Positions 55,113 to 64,000 of a stretch of 64,000 nucleotides of DNA are shown one piece after another (within the stretch, counting starts at the first letter, position 1; each line of letters begins with the position of its first letter). Origin of the DNA: Trichosphaerium sp. ATCC 40318. Lineage: Eukaryota; Protista; Tubulinea. A program made the position numbers and the translations under genes. The notes beneath the pieces are model-generated. The model had not been told where the DNA came from and made no database searches. It saw nothing but the letters and a program-made list of their open reading frames with translations. The stretch is taken from positions 248,001 to 312,000 of the forward strand of contig JALMLS010000593.1 of NCBI GenBank assembly GCA_038496445.1. The letters run 5' to 3'.

Positions 55113-55932
55113 CCAGCGAAGCCCAAGCGAGCCACTACCCCTGAGTTAGCTAGACACAACCTTGCTCTGGTAGCAAGGTTTGGCGTTTAATATACCACAC
55201 GTTTTGCTATAGGGTGGGAAGTGTGTTAAGGGTGTAGCGGAATTCGTTAAGTCATTTTGACAAAATGCGCACTTAATCAGTTTTCAAGAAGTTTAAGCTT
55301 GATTACGTTGAATGAGAATGCTCGGAAACGGTAGATACAACGCATTTATTACGATTAAGCACATGTTTGCCTTTTTTACCGTGTCACTATTTTATTGACA
55401 CGCAATTACAGCTTGAAAAGCGTTTATTATGTGGTTTATTGCGTAAAAGAAGCTTTAAAACGCTTGTTATGTATGACACGAAAAAATAGCAAAATTTTCT
55501 CGTCGCACAGTGCCGACCCCGTATACTTCCTTGAAGGAGCGGTCCTCATTGGCGAAATAAACGTATCTGGACAGGGTTTGAAGCTCAAAAGCGTGTGGGC
55601 ACAAATTGTTTTTCCAATTTGAGAGACTACGTGAACATCTCCGCCTAAAGCACAGGTGATAGACCCCATATCAAGATTGCCCACAAGAATGTGAAGACTC
55701 GGCATTGCTAGCGGCAAGTCAAAGGTCGTAATCTGCGATTTATCAGTGCGGAGAAACTAAATAGTCGACACCCTGAATCACAAATATAAAAGTGTCAACT
55801 TCCCTCTAGTAAAAAAACAGAAAAAGTCATGTGATTTTTAACAAGAGTGCGGTCTACCTTCGCTAAACCTTGATACCCGCTCAAGGTTTACCTAGGCAAC
55901 TGGAGGGCACTGCGCTCGCATGGGCTTCGCGG
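55113..55932. repeat. Diverged ~72-bp inverted repeat pair (55113-55185 / 55861-55932) carrying GCGAAGC and an internal hairpin
   Basis: ccagcgaagcccaagcgagc..agttagctag..aaccttgctctggtagcaaggtttggcg versus reverse complement ccgcgaagcccatgcgagc..agttgcctag..aaccttgagcgggtatcaaggtttagcg. Confidence 0.8.
55490..55760 (-). ncRNA. Candidate structured non-coding RNA of unknown family
   Basis: GC-richer block with a long closing helix, nested helices and four hairpins; several helices need G-U pairs available only on the minus strand; upstream TATA-like TTTTATATTT and downstream T-tracts. Confidence 0.5.
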
Positions 55933-56442
55933 AGATCAATCACAAAACTGTTTACTCACGGAAACGGCTCGCTTGCGCTTCACTGGATAGATCACAACAC
56001 AACAGCGCTATCTACTTGGTATTAATTAAAAAAATTGTTTATTTACCTTCAAAAAAGCCTCAAACTCCCTCTCGCTGTACTACATATAATAATAAACACA
56101 CTCTCAATTATTGTTTGAAAAAGTCTCAACTCCCACCTAGTAAAAAACTGTCTAGCGAAACACTTCTGTCTTTTGTGTTTTTGGTCAACATGGTTAAAAT
56201 CGAAAAAGTCTCAAACCCCCTCTACCCAGATGGTTTTTTTTTCCCTTAATCGATATTTGCGAAAATCGTCAACACCTCAAATGCTGTCTACCGAAACACT
56301 TCCGTCTTTTGTGTTTTTGGTCAATATAATTAAAATCGAAAAAGTGTCAAACCCACTCTACCAACACCATAGATTCCATGTTTGAGTTCACTGTGTTTTT
56401 GGTCAACATAATTAAAATCAAAAAAGCGTCAAACCCACTCTA
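55789..56442 (+). repeat. Degenerate tandem repeat family (TGTGTTTTTGGTCAA..TTAAAATC.AAAAAG..TCAAACCC.CTCTA)
   Basis: Three long copies (~56175, ~56310, ~56393) plus shorter AAAAG..TCAA(A)C(T)CCC..CTA cores at ~55789, ~56051 and ~56118. Confidence 0.85.
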
Positions 56443-56526
56443 GCAAACTTAACTAACTGAAGTTAAGTACAGCTTGCTATTCCTATTCATTCAGGAATCT
56501 TTTTTAGGCCTACCAACTAGCCGATT

Positions 56527-57839
56527 ATGGCGGATTTCGTTGTTGTTCTTGGCTATATTGTTGACTTGTTATTGATACTTTCAATACTTGGAGCACTTGC
56601 AACTATCGTTACTTTTACTATATTCTCTTCCATTCGAACGTACCCTATTAAACTTATCATGTATCTGTGTGTTTCTATATTCTTTTCACAATCAATTTTT
56701 TTCTTGGTGCGTAACTTGGCGCAAATATCCGTTGATACCTTGTGCAGTTGCAAGCAATGCATAAGTCACTATCCAAATATTTTGCCTAAAACGAGTTAAA
56801 TGCCTTTTATAGGTATTCAATTTCGCTATGGACGACACGGGACCAACGATGTTTTGTGCACCTGGCGGTGCAGCGATTCATTACTTTTTTCTTTCAAACT
56901 TTTGTTGGTGTCTTTGCATTGCCTTTAACTTTTACAGAATGGTACGCAAATTTTGGTATACATGTCTCTAACACGTGAAAACAATAGATAGTTACAAGAG
57001 ATAGTGCAACAAGAAGTTTAGAAAAGTACTATCACCTTGTTTCTTGGGGAATTCCTGCTCTTTTTGTATTGGCCGTTGTACGCAACCACGTGGCTTATTT
57101 CTTTGTTTGATTACCTTGTAGGCTTCTACTGGAAATTATGGACAAACCCTGCAATGGAAAGAGGACGAGAAGCCAATAGGACAGTAAGAAAAGGCTAATA
57201 CGAACCAACAATTCACAAGTTTTAATCAGGTGCTACATTCGAAGTCCGTACGCTGTGTTAGGTGGTTTCTTCTTGCCTGGTCTGGTAGTCACTGCTGCTA
57301 ATAGCGTACTGTTTTTCTTTGTGGCCTCTGAGATACATGGAACTTTATCTAAAGCACCTGATACAGAACATCGGGAACATACAAGAGTGAGTAGTACAGT
57401 CTCTGTTTTGATCAACTTGTTTTTTATACAATTTAAGGAATTTCGAGTACTTGCCTCTATCTTTGTTACTGTCGGTATCACGTGGGTTTTTGGTTTTCTT
57501 GTTGCTGTTGTACAGAATATCAAAATACTTAAATATGTATTCTTGGTACTCTTCTCGTGTTCTTCTCCATTACAGGTACTATCGTAAGGTACTCTTATTG
57601 TTTAACTGAATGAAGGGATTCTTTATATTCGTTTGTTATTGTGTCAATAAGAAAGTTATATCACGGTGGAGAAAACTGTTTGGTAAGTGTTTACCTTGTT
57701 GCATTGAAGAAAGTGCTTCAATTAAGTCCGCGACTGCATCAACCCGTGGAGGATCAACAACTACATACACCAGGCATGGTTTCTTTCTAACTGTTGTGTT
57801 GATACTTCCCTTAGAGGACGAACTAAGACATATGTCTAA
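56527..57839 (+). CDS. Seven-transmembrane GPCR, secretin/adhesion (class B2)/cAR-like, with no large ectodomain
   Basis: IHYFFLSNFCWCLCIAFNFY, YYHLVSWGIPA, CYI, GITWVFG, LQGFFIFVCYC; seven hydrophobic segments. Confidence 0.85.
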
Positions 57840-58032
57840 CCTGTTCGCTGTAGCCTATTGTATTACTAGTATTCAAATAAAGCTATGTAGCACGAGATTA
57901 TTTGAACTTTAGTGCTTAGCGCACTGAAAGTAGTACAGAAACACAGTGTAGACTAAACTTGTATCAGACAGTTCAATGTGAAGGACAGCTTTATTGTTTT
58001 CGACAGTTAACGAAACTAGTTCTCGAATGAAC

Positions 58033-61000
58033 TTAGCAAAGCCCACACAAGAAGTTGTCAAGAGAACATTGGCCAGAACTACAATCTACTACACGTTAGC
58101 ACGAGGGTCTAATAAAAGGAATGACAAGTACCAGGTGTACAACTATAATCATGTATGTTCGAGGGACCCTGTACCAGCCTAGAAATGAACTCTAATGAAA
58201 GAGGCCCTCATTGTGAACTTTACGTGCTACGAACGTACACCTGTAGTATTTTACGAAACATGGAATGCACACTTGTGCGTAGCTCTGTGTGATGAAAAAG
58301 GCAAAGAAAGCAGCGAAAATGGATATTCCGTGTTTTTACTGAACCACAAGGGTCATATGTGACTTCTGTAATTTTTGTGTCGGAAGTGCTACAGCTAATC
58401 AAGATGGTTATTGATTTGACTTGTCAATCGATATTCGCTCTTGTTCAAAAAAACAACCATTTATTTTACAACCTTGAACAGGATACGAGGATCTGTTGTG
58501 ACACTTTGGTCTGTCTTTTCAAAGTCAACACTGTATTGTCCAGGGCGTAAATCTTCGAACGAGAAATATCCTTTTCCATCACTCATTTGAGTATCAATTG
58601 TTACAACTCTAAACACATCACGAGATAGATCATCTTGAACACGTTGAAGAAGTTGTACCTAGAAATAAAATTAATAAAAAATCACGTGACTGCGTAGAAG
58701 AAAACGAACCTCAATATGAGGTATTCCTCTTTCTGGACCATCTAAAGCACCATTCGCATTCTCATCAGACCAAACAACACCGCGAACAGCAACAGGTGCA
58801 TAAAGTCCAAAGTTAATCTTTTTTGTTGTACCAGATTCAACCATTGTCCTCAATGTTTTCTTAGGCGTAGAGCCATTGTATCGAGCTACATAATCACGTT
58901 CTACCTGATAGCCATCACCTAGTTGGAAGGTCAGTAAAATAACACTAAATACCATTTGTTTTTATTAGTACCTGGCCTAACAGGATCAAAAAAGTAACAA
59001 CCGTCGTAGCCAGTTGATGTTGTGTCGATAATTGTTCCGTCTTTGAATAAGGTTATTTGTATTCCAGATACTTGTAATGTGCTTCTAGATGTAGCATCAT
59101 CTTGAATACCATTGGCATCCATATCTTCCCTTTTTGATAAAAGTTATTTTTATGAGATCTTCAAGAAAGAATTAAATTATCTCTCTAGCTTACCATACAC
59201 ATCCTTCAATTCTAGCATCTCTGTAAACGCCAATATATACTACACGGCGTTCTTCTGAGTATACGATCAAGTTTGGTACTTGTCGAGTAACAGGGTCAAG
59301 CTCGCTCACTATAACTCGTCAGAGAAAGAAAAACAAACTATTTGTGGAAAGAAGAATGGCTCGGGATTATTTAACTTTGTTCTGTGAACGTACCAATGTC
59401 TTTCGAATTACGCTTTACAGCACGTGGTGATATAGTATATCCATCACCATTAGCACCAGAAATTTGTAGATTAGCGAAGCCAGGATGAACATTTTCGAAC
59501 ACAAACTTTCCTGACGCTGTAACTGTTCTTGTTAAGTCTTGCAAAACACGAGGTTGTCTGTAGTATGCATTGGAGCGTGGGTCGAAGTTAACTGATAATT
59601 GTTCACGCCCATCGAAAATACCATTAGCATTAAGATCTTCCCAGAAGATACCTAGAGAACATTGTGAGATACGTACAAACATTATTGTGTCGTTCTGTTA
59701 AGGGAGAGAAACTTAAAAGTATAAAAATTAGGAAATTCCTTTTTTGCTTACCTTCTAATGCTGCTAGTTTATAATAACCTGCATTAAACGCTTGGACTTG
59801 ACCTTCGCGTGCTCGTGCAGTGTTTCCTAGGTTATTATATGAGCAAATAACAAAGGACTCATCTGTTCAAATACTAAACCATACCAGTTGTAGGGATAAC
59901 ACCTGAAGCCCATTTAAGTGCAGGATCTCCTTCAATAGTGATATAAAAATCCATAGGCGTCGTAAAATTCAAGAAATCACCATCAACAAGAGTGACGGAA
60001 AATAAACCATCGGAGCCTAAAATAATGAGTGATTAGGACTCTATATGGGTCCCTAAACATTACCTGATCTACTTTCTGACTGATACTCGTTATCAATGTT
60101 AAAATGTGTCAACTTTACGCTACAAAGGTGTCAAAAAATGATTGATTATTGTCAGTTTGTTTTCACTTATCCAAAAAAAAATATTTTTATGAAATAAAAA
60201 AAGCGTACCCAGGAATTATCTCATCGTGGTTCTCTTCGTAGACACCATTAACGTTCTTATCGTGAAACGTGATACCAATAACATCGATTGGATTATGCAA
60301 ACCAAGACCAGTTTCTAGATTACATGAGTAACACGCAATGCGAAATATTATACAGTAATTAATAAATAAAAATACAAGCTAAAATAATTCGTCATGTTGT
60401 TTTTTGCGTACCCATAACACCACCAGAATATAGATTACGCCATACATGACCATTAATGATACCATCTAAGTCTGTAAGTAACCGAACAAAACAAAAAATG
60501 ACTCAAATAAAGTAAAAACTACCTTTATCTGGTATTCCTCCTTTTAATCCTTTATGTAGATCTCCTACTTCGCTTTGCATCAATCCTGCAGCTATTTTGC
60601 GTCAGTTTCTGTGATAAATAGAGCAAACTGTCCACGTCATTTCTATCCACAAATGCGAAAATTTTTCATTCGTTTTCCTTACCTTGTGGCGTACCACCGC
60701 CTGCTGCGCTGAGTTTTCCAAGCCCGTAAACCGTTTGGTCGCCAGTATCCCTTGTAAAGTACTCTGAAAGACGGTCAGACTTGAAACTAAAGCGACACGT
60801 ACTATGAAATTTAGGTGATTTGATCGGTTGATCAATACCTACTTCAGCTTCTATGTCGTAGGTTTGGCGATACTCCCTTGTATTTGCTTGGCTATTGCTG
60901 TATGCATTATTCGATTCTCTTTTGTATTCATTATCATAGTTATTAGAGTACGTTACGTCTGTTTCGAACTCCTCGCCCTTTTTGAAAATGAAAAAACGCG

Positions 61001-61188
61001 CAAATACTCTATTGTGCCTCAAAAGTTATTGTATAGCTTCCTTCCATATTCGAGTCATCTCTGCGTGTGTTTGAGTATGCGCACACGCATGACAGAACTA
61101 TCACCAGTCAGCAATGTATAAATATCGCCATTGTACCTGCTAATGACAGCAGCCATATAAGTGGCCTTGCACAACAAATAAGAGTCAT
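58033..61188 (-). CDS. Secreted protein with four SdrD B-like (CnaB-type) repeats and Cys-rich C-terminus
   Basis: GITFHDKNVNGVYE, GIFWEDLNANGIFD, GCVWEDMDANGIQD, GVVWSDENANGALD..ERGIPHIEVQL; also TGYDGCYFFDPVRP; ends approximate. Confidence 0.72.
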
Positions 61189-61598
61189 GATGGGTTGGCG
61201 GCAAATACTTCAGAAAAACAATACAAAAAAACTTAACGCAAAAAAGAAACTTAGTCCGATTTTGGTGAATAACAACTTTCTGGCACGTTTCGTAATCGGT
61301 AGTTAAAGAGCACGAAAAACAGCGCGTCAAGAAAGGCCACATTCATTCTAAAACAACCCTATGGTAACGTGAAGTTACCTGTATATCAAACATTGTCAAT
61401 TGCTTCTTTATAATTTCATACAAGTAGTAAATAGCTTTGGATAACACCTGACAATATTTAAGGTGTAGATCATTGTTTTGTTTTTTTATACATTCAGTTT
61501 TATTGACTCAAGGCAAAAAGGGTTTAATTAACTATAAACAATGTCAATACAAACACTCAACAAAAAGTTAAATGTATTTGACAACGCACCCTTTAAAA

Positions 61599-64000
<2,402 letters not shown>

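Larger units (their letters stand above)
54290..55230 (+). repeat. Three dispersed copies of TATAGG(G/T)TGG(G/T)AAACTGTATTAAGCGTACCAACTTAA-like motif
   Basis: Copies at 54290-54326, 54894-54930 and a diverged one at ~55208-55230. Confidence 0.85.
54292..56442. mobile_element. Candidate non-autonomous DNA-transposon-like / foldback island
   Basis: Ends TAGGGTGG... and ...CCACTCTA (imperfect inverted) flanked by identical 9-mers GCAAACTTA (54283-54291, 56443-56451); repeated subterminal motifs in opposite orientation on each arm; no transposase. Confidence 0.4.

Noticed and set aside
55500-55560. U4 snRNA (minus strand has GCCAAUGAGG and GUCGGCACUG, both present in human U4)
   Set aside because: The two motifs are ~26 nt apart rather than ~70, and the U6-pairing 5' segment is absent.
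55570-55585. Telomerase template (minus-strand CAAACCCUG)
   Set aside because: It lacks the terminal redundancy expected for TTAGGG or TTTAGGG templates; kept only as a possibility within the ncRNA finding.
55620-55767. Group I intron core (GAGACTA ... ATAGTC resembling R/S, P7)
   Set aside because: No convincing P/Q elements or host gene, and G-U asymmetry favours the opposite strand.
54290-56442. CRISPR array
   Set aside because: Repeats are degenerate and irregularly spaced, the context is eukaryotic and there are no cas genes.

Overview
AT-rich, gene-dense eukaryotic nuclear DNA with many short (~40-90 nt) spliceosomal introns, so the supplied ORF track only shows exon fragments. The gene content suggests a free-living protist, probably an amoebozoan (inference). 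About 28 protein genes can be assembled by hand. Recognisable ones: ACSS3-like synthetase (3' end), a stand-alone Pol nu/theta-like family A polymerase, ORC5, CDC6, a selenocysteine thioredoxin reductase with a clear SECIS, CTD small phosphatase, Ub-S27a, IVD, severin/gelsolin, a SAK-type HAD, a SLIP-GC-like GTPase, ankyrin-BTB, HGD, succinyl-CoA ligase beta, an SLC35A transporter, a class-B-like GPCR, an SdrD-B repeat protein and AFG3L2/FtsH (5' end missing). Most interesting: (1) two paralogues built from a ~65-75 aa Trp-rich repeat, one ending in a RAP/Vsr-like endonuclease-fold domain and the other stopping exactly where that domain would start; (2) a ~2.15 kb island (54292-56442) with nested inverted symmetry, GCGAAGC hairpins, a covarying stem and a central ~240-nt highly structured minus-strand RNA candidate; (3) unusual domain architectures (CNH+VPS9, PB1-TPR-UBA); (4) frequent GC-AG introns and strong enrichment of CACGTG. 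Gene coordinates are manual start-to-stop spans that include introns; some starts are approximate.
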